DNA of 64,000 bases from the NCBI GenBank assembly GCA_965223845.1, contig CBDCXR010000004.1, positions 1,312,001-1,376,000 on the forward strand, given 5' to 3'. The notes under the pieces are model-generated. The model made no database searches and was not told the DNA's origin. It saw only the letters and a list, made by a program, of their open reading frames with translations. The DNA comes from Planctomycetota bacterium (GTDB lineage: Bacteria; Planctomycetota; UBA8108; SXIK01). Each line of letters starts with the position of its first letter. Position 1 is the first letter of the stretch. Shown in pieces: positions 29,621-39,890 of this stretch. A program made the translations under genes and the position numbers.

Positions 29621-31074
29621 ACCCTCTCTTTCTTCGCCAGAAGCTCTCTCGAGTCCTCTCCCGGCCTCCGGAAGTCCTCTACGCACTGAGTTCGCATCCG
29701 TTCCTCATTCTCGGATGTCTGTGCCTCGGAGGACTAGCCACGTGGGCGTCGCAGGTGAGCATGCAGACGACGTACGTCGCTTCGGCGCAACTGCTCGTCC
29801 AGCCGCCCGATACGACGGCGGAAGGCCGCGTGAACGCGCGCTCGCGGCTCGAGCAATTCCAGTTCTTCAATCGGCAGGTGCGGATCCTCGACAGCGACCC
29901 CGTCATCGGCGACATGCTTAAGATCCTCACCGGCGAGGGAACCGAGACCGGCTCGATCGCGGATTCGAATCCCGTCCAGCAGATCGGCGAGCGTCTCAAC
30001 GACTTCCAGGATCGCATCGAGGAGCTGATCAAGCTCGACCAGGCGGCGATGGGAGCGCGCGGCAACGACCTCCAGGCTCGAATCTACGCCTTCCGGGATC
30101 GCGCCCGGCTCGAACCGGATTCGAAGAACAACGTCGTCCATCTGTACGTCCACGGTCAAAACCGCGACGCGATCATGAAGGAGATCCGGACGTGGATCGA
30201 CTCGTACGAGGAACGCGCGAACGCGATCGCACAAAAGGGCCAAGAGGAGTTGATTCAGAGCCGGTTGAGCTACCGGCGCGAAGTGCGGGATGAAGCCGAC
30301 CGCAAGCTGAAGAAGCACCTCGAGACCTACCCCGAGATCGCGGACTGGACGGCCGAAGACCTGATGCTCGTGATCACGAACACGCAGGCGCGCATTCAGG
30401 AGCTCGACAACCGCATCCTCAACTACCGTCCCGAGACGCCGGCGGACCGGCCGCGTTCTCCCGCGCTGCTCGAGCTCGAGGGGGAGATTCAGGGACTCGA
30501 ACGGACCCTCCGCGGTCGCGAGATGGCGCTCTTCGACATGGAGCTCTATCTCGCCCCCGACACTCCGGAGATCGGGCGCGAGAAGAAGGCGATCGGGCAC
30601 TTGAAGAGCCAAATCGAAGCGAAACAAAAGGAAATCGCACGGATCGAAGCCGCGGAAAACGTGCCCACCACGACGGCCAGCGGCCGCGACGTCCTCGCCG
30701 AGCTCCGCGGGCAGCGGCAAGAGAAAGCACTCGAGTTTACGCGGCTCGTTCGGTTGAAGAAGCACGTCCACACCTTGGCCGACCTCGAGAAGACGCTCGA
30801 AGTGGCCCAGGGCGACCTGCAGGAAGTCGAGGCGACGGCGAACATGGTCGCCACTCAGCGCGGCGTCGACATCCTCGAGCCCCAGCGACCAGCGGTGAAC
30901 GCACGTCGCGAGGGGCCGCGTCCGCTCTACGTCGTGCTCGGCGGGATCGGGATCGGGATGTTTGTCGGCATGGCGTTGGCAGTCCTCTGTGAGGTGTTTA
31001 GCGGGCGGGTTCGATTCAAGCACGACGTGATGGCCGAGCTCGGCATGCCCGTCATCGCGGTTTTCCCGAAGTAG
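29617..31074 (+). CDS. Polysaccharide co-polymerase / chain-length determinant (Wzz/GumC-like)
   Basis: N-terminal TM plus YVASAQLLV; long coiled coil; Pro-rich ILEPQRP..GPRP; Gly-rich TM; C-terminal ELGMPVIAVFP. Confidence 0.8.
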   Translation: MNPLFLRQKLSRVLSRPPEVLYALSSHPFLILGCLCLGGLATWASQVSMQTTYVASAQLLVQPPDTTAEGRVNARSRLEQFQFFNRQVRILDSDPVIGDMLKILTGEGTETGSIADSNPVQQIGERLNDFQDRIEELIKLDQAAMGARGNDLQARIYAFRDRARLEPDSKNNVVHLYVHGQNRDAIMKEIRTWIDSYEERANAIAQKGQEELIQSRLSYRREVRDEADRKLKKHLETYPEIADWTAEDLMLVITNTQARIQELDNRILNYRPETPADRPRSPALLELEGEIQGLERTLRGREMALFDMELYLAPDTPEIGREKKAIGHLKSQIEAKQKEIARIEAAENVPTTTASGRDVLAELRGQRQEKALEFTRLVRLKKHVHTLADLEKTLEVAQGDLQEVEATANMVATQRGVDILEPQRPAVNARREGPRPLYVVLGGIGIGMFVGMALAVLCEVFSGRVRFKHDVMAELGMPVIAVFPK

Positions 31075-31078
31075 TCGA

Positions 31079-31969
31079 ATGAGTAAAGATCCCGCTGAAT
31101 TGACCACCCCGGAAGTGACGGACGTCGAGCTTGCCGTCGAGCAGCCGAACGCCGCCCCCGTCATCGCGGCGACGGAACGCCCGAAGACTCGCTTCGGTCA
31201 GCTTTTCCGCAGCCGAAGGGCGGCACAGTTTCTCGGCTATCCTCTCAATCGTGAGGCCTTGCCGCCGAAGCTCCGCGACCACCGGCGTCTCATGCGTCGA
31301 CTGCAGCGCTACGCCGCCGACTCGGAGCTCGGCGACACGACGCTGCAATTCCGCGACGCGATCGTTCGTTCCGTCGTCGGTCAGTCCGAAGACCAACGCA
31401 CCGGAATCACGGTGGCGCTCTCCGGCGTCGAAGGCGGCGAGGACGCCCGCCTCACGTCCCTCGTTCTCGCGATCGCACTCGGTGCCAACACCCACTACCG
31501 CGTCGCGCACATCGACGGTCTTTTCGATCAGTCTTACTTCGAAGCGCTGACGACCGTCCTTCAGCTGACCGAGAACACCGGGCGCGTCGAGCGCGGGGGC
31601 GCTCGCCTTCGCGGATACTTCAATCCGAATCAGCCGAACGTCTATTTCTTGAAGAATGTCTTCGACGAGAACCCGCTCGGGTTCTTCTCGGACAAGCACC
31701 TGAAGAGCTATCTCGAGATTCTGAAGAGCCGGTTCGACTTCACGGTCATCGGAATGCCTCCGTTTGCGACCGACTCGTCGAACGTCTTCCTCGCGCCGGA
31801 GGTGGATCGACTTTATCTCGTCGCCTCGGCCGGGAAGACGCGGGTGCACGATGTAGATCACTGTATGGAAGTAGCGGCCGAGGCCAACATCGAGATCACG
31901 GGAGTGGTGCTCAACGAGCAGAAGGCGCCGCTCTGGTCCCGTCTCTTCTGGCGGCGGTACTTTTTCTAG
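31079..31969 (+). CDS. CpsD/CapB-like BY-kinase homologue with degenerate Walker motifs
   Basis: Position after the co-polymerase; fold order matches (VAHIDG; LKSRFDFTVIGMPP; VDRLYLVASAGKT; ITGVVLN) but Walker A reads GGEDARLTS. Confidence 0.7.
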   Translation: MSKDPAELTTPEVTDVELAVEQPNAAPVIAATERPKTRFGQLFRSRRAAQFLGYPLNREALPPKLRDHRRLMRRLQRYAADSELGDTTLQFRDAIVRSVVGQSEDQRTGITVALSGVEGGEDARLTSLVLAIALGANTHYRVAHIDGLFDQSYFEALTTVLQLTENTGRVERGGARLRGYFNPNQPNVYFLKNVFDENPLGFFSDKHLKSYLEILKSRFDFTVIGMPPFATDSSNVFLAPEVDRLYLVASAGKTRVHDVDHCMEVAAEANIEITGVVLNEQKAPLWSRLFWRRYFF

Positions 31970-32301
31970 TCTCGAGGCCCGCGTCCCTGCGTTCCCGTCT
32001 CTCAACGGTACTCGAGAGCGTGGTTGCGCGCGGATGTCGGTGATTCCGGTTCGCGGCACTTTTAGTTGATCTTCACCGTGTTGGCTCAACATCTCTGGCG
32101 GCCCGGCGAGTGCGCTCGCCCGGCGGGAGAGAGTCGCGAGGACTCTCACGCTCCACTCGACGGGGGTCCGTCGCGCGCGCCCAGAGGATTCCCGGTAGCT
32201 CATGCGACGCGCGGTTGGCTGGGGCGCGGCGTCGGGGAGTATTCTTCTCTGGCTTCGGCGCGGCCGGGGAGAGTTACGCGGACAGTTTTCGGAACGTACG
32301 A

Positions 32302-33345
32302 ATGACGACGACGGAGCTCGAGGGGAGCAGGGGGGCGAGCGAGCCTCGGCGTTCCGTCGGAGTGGTCGTCATCGGCCGGGACGAGGGCGAGCGACTCGTG
32401 CGTTCGATCGACTCGCTCGGCGAGTACTGCTCGACGACGGTGTACGTCGACTCGGGATCGACGGACGATAGCGTCGATGTGGCGCGGACCCGAGGCTGCG
32501 ACATCGTCGAGCTGGACCCCACGCGGCCGTTCACCGCCGCGCGGGCGCGGAACGAAGGCTTCGCCCGCCTTCCCGAGGAGATCGAGTACGTCCAGTTCGT
32601 GGACGGCGACACGGCGCTCGAGCCCGGTTGGATCGAGTCGGCGGCGGCGGCCCTCGACGAGCGCGACGACGTCGCGGTCGTCTGGGGATCACTGCGGGAA
32701 CGAGACGCGACTCGCTCCGTCTACAAGCGGCTCTGCAACCTCGAGTGGCAGCGCGAGAACGCCGATTCGCGCATGTTCGGAATCTTCATGGTTCGTAGCT
32801 CGGCGTTTCGCGAAGTCGAAGGATTCGATCCGACCGTCGCCGCCGGCGAAGAGCCGGAGCTCGCGCTCCGGCTCGAGGCGAAGGACTGGGCCCTTCGGTA
32901 CCTGTCCGCTCCGATGGGCATCCACGACGTCGGCGACATGAGCTTCGGATCCTGGTGGCGGCGCACCATGCGTTCCGGCGCTGCCTTCCTCCGCGCCGCG
33001 GTCGAAGGCGGCGACCGACACGCGCGAAGGGCGATCGGACGCATCGTGTTTTGGACTGTAGGAATCGCCGCACTCGCCGCTCTCACCGCGCTTCTTCTCG
33101 GCCCGTGGGGATGGCTCGGTCTCCTCGCGTACCCAGCTCAAATCGCGCGGCTCGCCGCTCGACGCCATCGCCGCTGCGGCACTTCTTGGGGGGAATCTTG
33201 GCTCTTCGGGGCGGCGTGTGTTTTCGGCAAGTGGCCCGAGTTGCTGGGGGCGATCGGGCAGTCGATGCGATTGAGCACGCGAAAGCGCGCCCCCGAGCCG
33301 ATGATGGAAGCTCCGCCGGTACCCTCCTGTGACGAGACCCGCTGA
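32302..33345 (+). CDS. Glycosyltransferase family 2
   Basis: VVVIGRDEG, YVDSGSTDDS, FTAARARNEG, FVDGD, AGEEPEL, C-terminal TM. Confidence 0.9.
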   Translation: MTTTELEGSRGASEPRRSVGVVVIGRDEGERLVRSIDSLGEYCSTTVYVDSGSTDDSVDVARTRGCDIVELDPTRPFTAARARNEGFARLPEEIEYVQFVDGDTALEPGWIESAAAALDERDDVAVVWGSLRERDATRSVYKRLCNLEWQRENADSRMFGIFMVRSSAFREVEGFDPTVAAGEEPELALRLEAKDWALRYLSAPMGIHDVGDMSFGSWWRRTMRSGAAFLRAAVEGGDRHARRAIGRIVFWTVGIAALAALTALLLGPWGWLGLLAYPAQIARLAARRHRRCGTSWGESWLFGAACVFGKWPELLGAIGQSMRLSTRKRAPEPMMEAPPVPSCDETR

Positions 33346-33361
33346 AACTGCGAACGACGCG

Positions 33362-34648
33362 ATGAGACCGCTGCCTAAAGACGCCTGCATCGTTTACATC
33401 ACGACGAACGGAATCGCTCAGCCTTGGGTGGGGAATGAGCTCCGCGTCGTCGGCGAGAAGGGCGTTCCGTACGAGATCCACTCGATGCGCCCCGCCGGAC
33501 CGATTCACTTCAAGTCGGAGTGGGCGGAGAGAATCGACCGGAATACGAAGATCCTCTACCCGCTGCCGGTGATCGAAACAGCGGCCGCGGTCCTACTGGG
33601 CCCGTTTCGCTTCGGGCGCGGCTACTTTCGAGCGCTTCGCTCGGCACTCTTCGGGAAGCGTGAGCACCTGCGCGCGAGGGCGGCGTGCCTCTTTCACTTC
33701 GTCGCCGCATGCGTGTGGGCGACCCGCATCCGAAATGAACCGGTCGAGCACATTCACTCCCAGTGGGCGCACTCGGGAGCGACCATCGGGCTCTACGCAT
33801 CGATGCTTCTCGATCGGAGCTTCAGCTTCACGGGTCACGCCGCGGATCTCTTTCGCAACCGCGTTGCGCTAGAGGACAAGATCCGTCACGCCGCGTTCAT
33901 CGGCTGCATTTCGGAGTATCACGCCCAGTTCTATCGCGACCTCGGCGCCCGCGACGAGCAGCTCGAGATCGTCTACTGCGGCATCGACACCGCAATGTTC
34001 ACCCCGGTGACACCGCGAAGCATCGAAGGCGCGTTCCGTATCCGCTCCGCCGGTCGGCTCGTTCCGAAGAAGGGCTTCCGTTACCTCATCGAAGCGTGCG
34101 CCCTTCTCCGAGAGCGCGGCATCGACTTCCACTGCCTCATCGGTGGAAGCGGGGAGCTCGAAGCGTCGCTGAGAGCTCAAATCGCCGCCGCCGGACTCGA
34201 AGGCTGCGTCGAGATGACGGGAGAGCCGCTCGCCCAGGAGGACTTGCCCGAGTTCATGCGCGAGGCCGACGCGTTCTGCCTACCGTGCGTCTGGGCGGAA
34301 GACCAGGACGTCGACGGGCTCCCGCAGCTCCTCGTCGAAGCGATGGCGAGCGGGATTCCGTCGGTTTCCTGTCCGGTGACGGGCATCCCGGATCTCGTCG
34401 TCGACGACCGGACCGGGCTGCTCGCGCCCGAGCGAGATCCCGTCGCGCTCGCGGACGCGCTCGAGAAGCTCGCGCAGGATGAGTCGCTTCGCCGGCGTCT
34501 CAGCGCGGACGGTCGGGCGTGGGTCGAGAAGAACTTTGACATATCGACGAGTCTCGACGGGCTCATCGACCGATTCCATCGGATGCTCGGCCTGAACGCG
34601 GAGCGCAGTCCGAATGCATCCGGCCAGCGGTCCGCGATTCCCACCTAA
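33362..34648 (+). CDS. Glycosyltransferase family 4 (WcaL-like)
   Basis: HIHSQW, SFTGHAADLF, GRLVPKKGF, DGLPQLLVEAMASG. Confidence 0.9.
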   Translation: MRPLPKDACIVYITTNGIAQPWVGNELRVVGEKGVPYEIHSMRPAGPIHFKSEWAERIDRNTKILYPLPVIETAAAVLLGPFRFGRGYFRALRSALFGKREHLRARAACLFHFVAACVWATRIRNEPVEHIHSQWAHSGATIGLYASMLLDRSFSFTGHAADLFRNRVALEDKIRHAAFIGCISEYHAQFYRDLGARDEQLEIVYCGIDTAMFTPVTPRSIEGAFRIRSAGRLVPKKGFRYLIEACALLRERGIDFHCLIGGSGELEASLRAQIAAAGLEGCVEMTGEPLAQEDLPEFMREADAFCLPCVWAEDQDVDGLPQLLVEAMASGIPSVSCPVTGIPDLVVDDRTGLLAPERDPVALADALEKLAQDESLRRRLSADGRAWVEKNFDISTSLDGLIDRFHRMLGLNAERSPNASGQRSAIPT

Positions 34649-34699
34649 AGGTCCCTCGCCGGGACGAGTACGGCGCGGAGGGGAGAGGAGAACCCCACC

Positions 34700-35680
34700 T
34701 TGATCATCACGCAGACGCCATTTCGAGTGAGCTTCGCCGGCGGTGGCACGGATTTGCCCGCGTTTTATCGGGAGGAGTACGGGGCCGTACTCAGCACCGC
34801 GATTCGCCAGCACATGTACGTCACCGTCGGTCCCCGCTTCGACCCGACGATCCGTATTTCCTACATGCAGACGGAGATCGTCGATGAGGTCGGTTCGATT
34901 CAGCACACGATCGCGCGGGAAGCGCTCCGCCATGTCGACCTCGACAGCCACCTCGAAATCACGACGATCGCGGACGTTCCGGCGGGAACCGGCCTCGGTT
35001 CGAGCAGCAGCCTGACCGTCGGAATCCTGAACGCGCTCTACGCCTACCGCGGAATCGTCTCGGGAGCGGAGAAGCTGTCGCGCGAGGCTTGCGAGATCGA
35101 GATCGATCGCCTCGGGAAGCCGATCGGCCGGCAGGATCAGTACGCCGCGGGGTTCGGCGGGCTCAACTACATCCGGTTTTTCCCGGATGACACGGTGGCC
35201 GTCGAGCCCGTACCGTGTCGGCGCGAAGTCATTCAGGAGCTCGAACGACGGAGCCTGATTCTCTTCACCGAGCAGAGTCGAAACGCCGACGGGATCCTCG
35301 AGCAACAGAGCAAAGGGACCGCCGACCGCATCAGCGTGCTGCGACAGATGCGGGATCTCGCCGGCGAGATGCGCGCCGTCCTCGGCGGGAGCGGAAATCT
35401 CGACGAGTTCGCCGCGCTCCTCCACGCGGGTTGGGAGCTCAAGCGCTCGCTAGGTTTCGGCATTGCGACTCAATCGGTAGACGAGTGGTACCAGGCCGCG
35501 CGACGGGCCGGTGCACAAGGAGGGAAGCTGCTCGGGGCGGGTGGCGGCGGGTTCCTCTACCTCCTCGCGGAACCCGAGCGTCACGCGGCGATCCGCGACG
35601 CCCTCGGAAATCCGCGGGAGCTGGACTTCCGGGTCGATCCGCTCGGAAGTCGGGTGATCTTCATCAGCGACGCGCACTGA
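34700..35680 (+). CDS. hddA: GHMP kinase, D-glycero-alpha-D-manno-heptose-7-phosphate kinase-like, copy 1
   Basis: TPFRVSFAGGGTD, PAGTGLGSSS, IGRQDQYAAGFGG, GGKLLGAGGGG; TTG start with AGGAG RBS. Confidence 0.85.
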   Translation: MIITQTPFRVSFAGGGTDLPAFYREEYGAVLSTAIRQHMYVTVGPRFDPTIRISYMQTEIVDEVGSIQHTIAREALRHVDLDSHLEITTIADVPAGTGLGSSSSLTVGILNALYAYRGIVSGAEKLSREACEIEIDRLGKPIGRQDQYAAGFGGLNYIRFFPDDTVAVEPVPCRREVIQELERRSLILFTEQSRNADGILEQQSKGTADRISVLRQMRDLAGEMRAVLGGSGNLDEFAALLHAGWELKRSLGFGIATQSVDEWYQAARRAGAQGGKLLGAGGGGFLYLLAEPERHAAIRDALGNPRELDFRVDPLGSRVIFISDAH

Positions 35681-35686
35681 GATCGA

Positions 35687-36448
35687 ATGAATATGAACGC
35701 ACGGAACGAGCCGGAGCGAACCGCGAAGGTGTTGATGCTCGCCGGCGGCCTCGGGACGCGCCTTCGACCCGTCACCGAGCGTGTGCCGAAATGCCTCGTG
35801 CCGATCGGGGGGCGCGCTCTGATCGATTACTGGTTCGACCTCTTCGCCGAGGCCGGACTCCGCGACGTTCTCATCAATACGCATCACCTCCGGGAAGAGG
35901 TGAGGCGGCATCTCGAGAGCTACCGTGCGAGCGGCGACTTTCGCGTGGAGGAGGCGTACGAACCCGAGCTACTCGGTTCGGCCGGTACGGTCCACGCGAA
36001 TCGGGGCTACATGGACGACGCGGACGATTGCGTCGTCGTCTACGCCGACAACTTGAGCGACGTCGACCTCGGCGAGCTCCTCGCCTGGCACACGGAGCGA
36101 CGGCACGAGTTTTCGATGCTTCTCTACCGCGCGCCGGATCCGAGGAGCGCCGGAATCGCCGAGCTCGACGCCGACGGCCGCATTGTGAGCTTCGTCGAGA
36201 AGCCGGCGAAGCCCAAGTCGGATCTCGCGAACGGCGGCGTCTATGTCGTCTCCGCTTCGCTCTATCGTGAGATCGCCGACATGAACGCGTTCGATCTCGG
36301 CGCAGACGTGCTTCCGCGGTTGGCCAACCGAATGTACGGCTGGTTCTGGAGGGGTTACCACCGCGACATCGGTACACTCGAGGCGCTGCGCGAGGCGGAA
36401 ACGAACGGAATTCAGCAGCTGCGGAAGACCGCGAGGAGCCGCGTGTGA
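35687..36448 (+). CDS. Sugar-1-phosphate nucleotidyltransferase (HddC-like), copy 1
   Basis: LAGGLGTRLRP..PKCLVP, ELLGSAG, FVEKP, RDIGT. Confidence 0.85.
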   Translation: MNMNARNEPERTAKVLMLAGGLGTRLRPVTERVPKCLVPIGGRALIDYWFDLFAEAGLRDVLINTHHLREEVRRHLESYRASGDFRVEEAYEPELLGSAGTVHANRGYMDDADDCVVVYADNLSDVDLGELLAWHTERRHEFSMLLYRAPDPRSAGIAELDADGRIVSFVEKPAKPKSDLANGGVYVVSASLYREIADMNAFDLGADVLPRLANRMYGWFWRGYHRDIGTLEALREAETNGIQQLRKTARSRV

Positions 36449-37026
36449 CTCCGGCTCTGTTCCTCGATCGCGACGGCACGGTCATCGAGCACGTCCACCA
36501 TCTGGTGCGGCACGAAGACGTGCGCCTCATCCGCGGCGCGGCCGCGGCGATTCGCCTCGCGCGCGAGCACGGATTCAAGTGCGTCGTCGTCACGAACCAG
36601 TCGGTCGTCGGGCGCGGCATGCTCACGGAGGCGGGACTCGCTGAAGTCCATCGCGAGATGGAGCGCCAGCTCGCTGAATCGAACGCCGCGGTCGACGCGA
36701 TCTACTACTGTCCGGCGGCGCCGTCGGCATCGGGCGCGTTCGAAGACGAGCACCCCGAGCGCAAGCCACGTCCGGGGATGCTCCTTCGCGCGGCGGGCGA
36801 TCAGGGGATCGATCTATCGCAGTCGTGGATGGTCGGCGATACGAAGACGGACATCGATGCCGGCATCAACGCGGGCTGCGCCGGACAAGTGCTGGTGCGA
36901 ACAGGGCTCGGAGCATCGGTGGAGCGGGACGATCCACAGTGCGGCGAATGGCTCGTCGCGCCCGATCTCCTTGGAGCCGTCGAAGCGATTCTCGAGCGAG
37001 TACGAAATAGGAGCGTTAACTCATGA
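36445..37026 (+). CDS. gmhB: D-glycero-D-manno-heptose 1,7-bisphosphate phosphatase
   Basis: FLDRDGT, VVTNQS, YYCP, RKPRPGML, SWMVGD..TD HAD motifs. Confidence 0.9.
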   Translation: MTPALFLDRDGTVIEHVHHLVRHEDVRLIRGAAAAIRLAREHGFKCVVVTNQSVVGRGMLTEAGLAEVHREMERQLAESNAAVDAIYYCPAAPSASGAFEDEHPERKPRPGMLLRAAGDQGIDLSQSWMVGDTKTDIDAGINAGCAGQVLVRTGLGASVERDDPQCGEWLVAPDLLGAVEAILERVRNRSVNS

Positions 37027-38018
37027 AAGTCCTCGTCACCGGCGGCGCCGGATACGTCGGCAGTGCATGCCTTCGCTATCTCTTGACTCAGGGTTGGGAC
37101 GCGGTCGCGTTCGACAATCTGTGTCAGGGACACCGGGGTGCAGTGCCCGCCGATCGTCTGATCGAAGGCGATATCAACGACACCGAGGCGGTGCGTGCGG
37201 CGATTCGCTCCGTCGGAGCGGAGGGCGTGCTCCACTTCGCCGCGGCGACGGATGTCGCGGAGTCGGTCCGGAATCCCGAGTACCACTACGCCAACAACAT
37301 CGCGGGAACCCTCAGCCTCCTCGTCGCGATGCGGGAGGAAGGCGTCAAACGACTGCTCTTCAGTAGCACGAGCGCTACCTACGGTCTCGCTCCCGAAGTA
37401 CCCATGCGCGAGACCACGGGGCAGAATCCCGTCTGCGCCTACGCGCGGACGAAGCTCGCGGTCGAGTGGATGATCCGTGATTTCGCGACCGCGTACGGGC
37501 TCGGGTTCACCCTCCTTCGCTACTTCAACGCGGCCGGTGCCGATCCCGATGGTGCGAACGGTGAAGACCACGTTCCCGAGAATCACTTGATACCGATCGT
37601 GCTCGAAGTGCCGCGCGGCCAGCGGGAGGAGGTTCTCGTCTACGGCGGGGACTACGACACTCCCGACGGGACCTGCATCCGCGACTACGTCCACACGCGA
37701 GACCTCGCCTCCGCTCACTTCCTCGCCATGAGCCGAACGACGGAGACGACGGATGCGGTCTTCAACATCGGAACGGGACGCGGCCACACCGTGCTCGAGG
37801 TCCTTCGGGCGTGCGAGGAGATCGTCGGCGAGAAGATCCCGCACCGGATCGTCGATCGGCGTCCGGGCGATCCGCCCGCGCTCGTCGCCGACCCGACGAA
37901 GCTAAAGACGGAGCTCGGCTGGGAGCCGGAGTATCCGGAGCTGCGCTCGATCGTCGAGACGGCTTGGCAGTGGCACCAGGCCCATCCGAACGGCTATCGA
38001 CAAGTGGTCGCGCAATGA
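37023..38018 (+). CDS. galE: UDP-glucose 4-epimerase
   Basis: VTGGAGYVGS, HFAA, FSST, YARTK, LRYFNAAGA, DGTCIRDYVH, RRPGDP. Confidence 0.9.
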   Translation: MKVLVTGGAGYVGSACLRYLLTQGWDAVAFDNLCQGHRGAVPADRLIEGDINDTEAVRAAIRSVGAEGVLHFAAATDVAESVRNPEYHYANNIAGTLSLLVAMREEGVKRLLFSSTSATYGLAPEVPMRETTGQNPVCAYARTKLAVEWMIRDFATAYGLGFTLLRYFNAAGADPDGANGEDHVPENHLIPIVLEVPRGQREEVLVYGGDYDTPDGTCIRDYVHTRDLASAHFLAMSRTTETTDAVFNIGTGRGHTVLEVLRACEEIVGEKIPHRIVDRRPGDPPALVADPTKLKTELGWEPEYPELRSIVETAWQWHQAHPNGYRQVVAQ

Positions 38019-39007
38019 CCGAGAACGGCCGGCGGTACTGCCTCATCACTCCGTGTCGTAACGAAGCCGAGTACGCGCGGGTCACGCTCGACAGCGTCAC
38101 GCGCCAGTCGGTCGCGCCCGCGTGCTGGGTGATCGTCGACGACGGGTCGACCGACGAGACCCCGGCGATCCTCGCGGAGTACGCGGAGCGGTTTCCGTAC
38201 ATTCGGATCGTGACCCGCGCCGACCGCGGTGGCCGCAGCGTGGGTCCGGGGGTGGTCGACGCCTTCTACTCGGGTTACGAGGCGATCAGGCCGGACGAGT
38301 TCGACTACGTGTGCAAGCTCGATCTCGATCTCGACCTCCCGCCGGGGTACTTCGAAGGTCTCATGACCCGTATGGAAGCAAACCCGCGGCTCGGAACCGT
38401 GAGCGGGAAACCGTACCTGCGCACGGAATCGGGCGAACTCGTCGCCGAGAAGTGCGGCGACGAGATGTCCGTCGGCATGTCGAAGTTTTACCGCACGCGC
38501 TGCTTCGAGGAGATCGGCGGATTCGTGCGACAGGTGATGTGGGACGGCATCGATTGCCACCGCTGTCGGATGCTCGGCTGGGACGCGCGAAGCTCCGACG
38601 ATGCCGACCTCCGCTTCGTCCACCTTCGAGTGATGGGATCGAGCCAGAAAAGCGTGTTTGTCGGCCGTATGCGCCACGGATTCGGCCAGTACTTCATGGG
38701 GACCTCGTTTCCCTTCATCCTCGTGAGTGCGCTCTACCGCATTACGGAAACTCCTCCGGTCGTCACGTCGCTCGGGATCCTCTGGGGTTACGTGAAGAGC
38801 TGGATCACGCGAAAGCCCCGCTACGATGACACGGAATTCCGTCGCTTCCTTCGGCGCTACCAGTGGCTCGCACTCTTCCGCGGGAAGGAGCGCGCCATCG
38901 AGACGCTGATGCGCGATCGACGCCCGGCCGATGCGCCCCGACCGGACGCCGACGTCTCGTCGCGCGCGTCGGCACCGGAAGCCGTGCGGACGTGCGACGA
39001 GAGCTGA
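38015..39007 (+). CDS. Glycosyltransferase family 2
   Basis: LITPCRNEA, VIVDDGSTD, DRGGRSVGPGVV, KLDLDLDLP, MWDGID. Confidence 0.9.
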   Translation: MTENGRRYCLITPCRNEAEYARVTLDSVTRQSVAPACWVIVDDGSTDETPAILAEYAERFPYIRIVTRADRGGRSVGPGVVDAFYSGYEAIRPDEFDYVCKLDLDLDLPPGYFEGLMTRMEANPRLGTVSGKPYLRTESGELVAEKCGDEMSVGMSKFYRTRCFEEIGGFVRQVMWDGIDCHRCRMLGWDARSSDDADLRFVHLRVMGSSQKSVFVGRMRHGFGQYFMGTSFPFILVSALYRITETPPVVTSLGILWGYVKSWITRKPRYDDTEFRRFLRRYQWLALFRGKERAIETLMRDRRPADAPRPDADVSSRASAPEAVRTCDES

Positions 39008-39011
39008 AGCG

Positions 39012-39734
39012 ATGCAAGCGGTGATTCTCGCCGGCGGACTGGGAACCCGACTCGGCTCGCTGACGGCTCAAATCCCGAAGGCGATGGTGCCGATCGCGGA
39101 TCGTCCCGTCCTCCATCACCTCCTCGACGGACTGCGACGAGACGGAGCTCGCGACGTGACGCTCTGTGTGGGTCATCTCGCGGAAGCCATCGTCGAGAGC
39201 GTCGGCGATGGCTCTGCGTTCGGGCTGCGTGTGAGCTACGCGCACGAACGCGAGCTCCTCGGCACCGGGGGCGCGGTGCTGAACGCTCGGGGCGATCTGC
39301 GCTCCGAGCCGTTCCTCGTCATGAACGGCGATACGCTCCTTCCGAAGCTCGACTATCGTGACCTCTTCACCGCGCACGCCGAGCGCAGTGAGCGGGATCC
39401 GAAGGTCGTCGGCACACTCGTCGTCGTCACGCCGGTCGACGCCGGCGCGTACGGCGTCGTCGAGACCGACGAAAATTGCCTGATCCGCGGATTTCGCGAG
39501 AAGGCCCCGGTCGAGGCCGGAACGGGCCTCGTGAGCGGCGGGGTGTACGTTCTTGCTCCCGACGTCTTCGAATTCATTCCGCCGGGTCGAGCCGTTTCGA
39601 TCGAGTTCGAAGTGTTTCCGGCCGTTCTCGCCGCAGGGAAGCACCTCCTCGCGTACCGCCACCGCGAGTTTTGCGGGGATATGGGAACTCCCGAAGGACT
39701 CGAGCGCGTCCGGCAACACTTCGCCGCGGAGTAG
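39012..39734 (+). CDS. Sugar-1-phosphate nucleotidyltransferase (HddC-like), copy 2
   Basis: VILAGGLGTRL..PKAMVP, LLGTGGA, VMNGDT, FREK, SIEFEVFP, DMGTPE. Confidence 0.85.
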   Translation: MQAVILAGGLGTRLGSLTAQIPKAMVPIADRPVLHHLLDGLRRDGARDVTLCVGHLAEAIVESVGDGSAFGLRVSYAHERELLGTGGAVLNARGDLRSEPFLVMNGDTLLPKLDYRDLFTAHAERSERDPKVVGTLVVVTPVDAGAYGVVETDENCLIRGFREKAPVEAGTGLVSGGVYVLAPDVFEFIPPGRAVSIEFEVFPAVLAAGKHLLAYRHREFCGDMGTPEGLERVRQHFAAE

Positions 39735-39890
39735 GGTAGTCTTGGGTAGGGCAGTTTCGGGACGGGGCCCGGTGAAGCTCGAGGACGCGCGTCGGCATCG
39801 CTGACGGTCGCGGAGCGGGCGGGGAAAGGGCCTCGAGCCAGTACTTTCGAACTTAGAGGGCGCCGGGCCGGCGCCGCAGAGGACTCTCGA

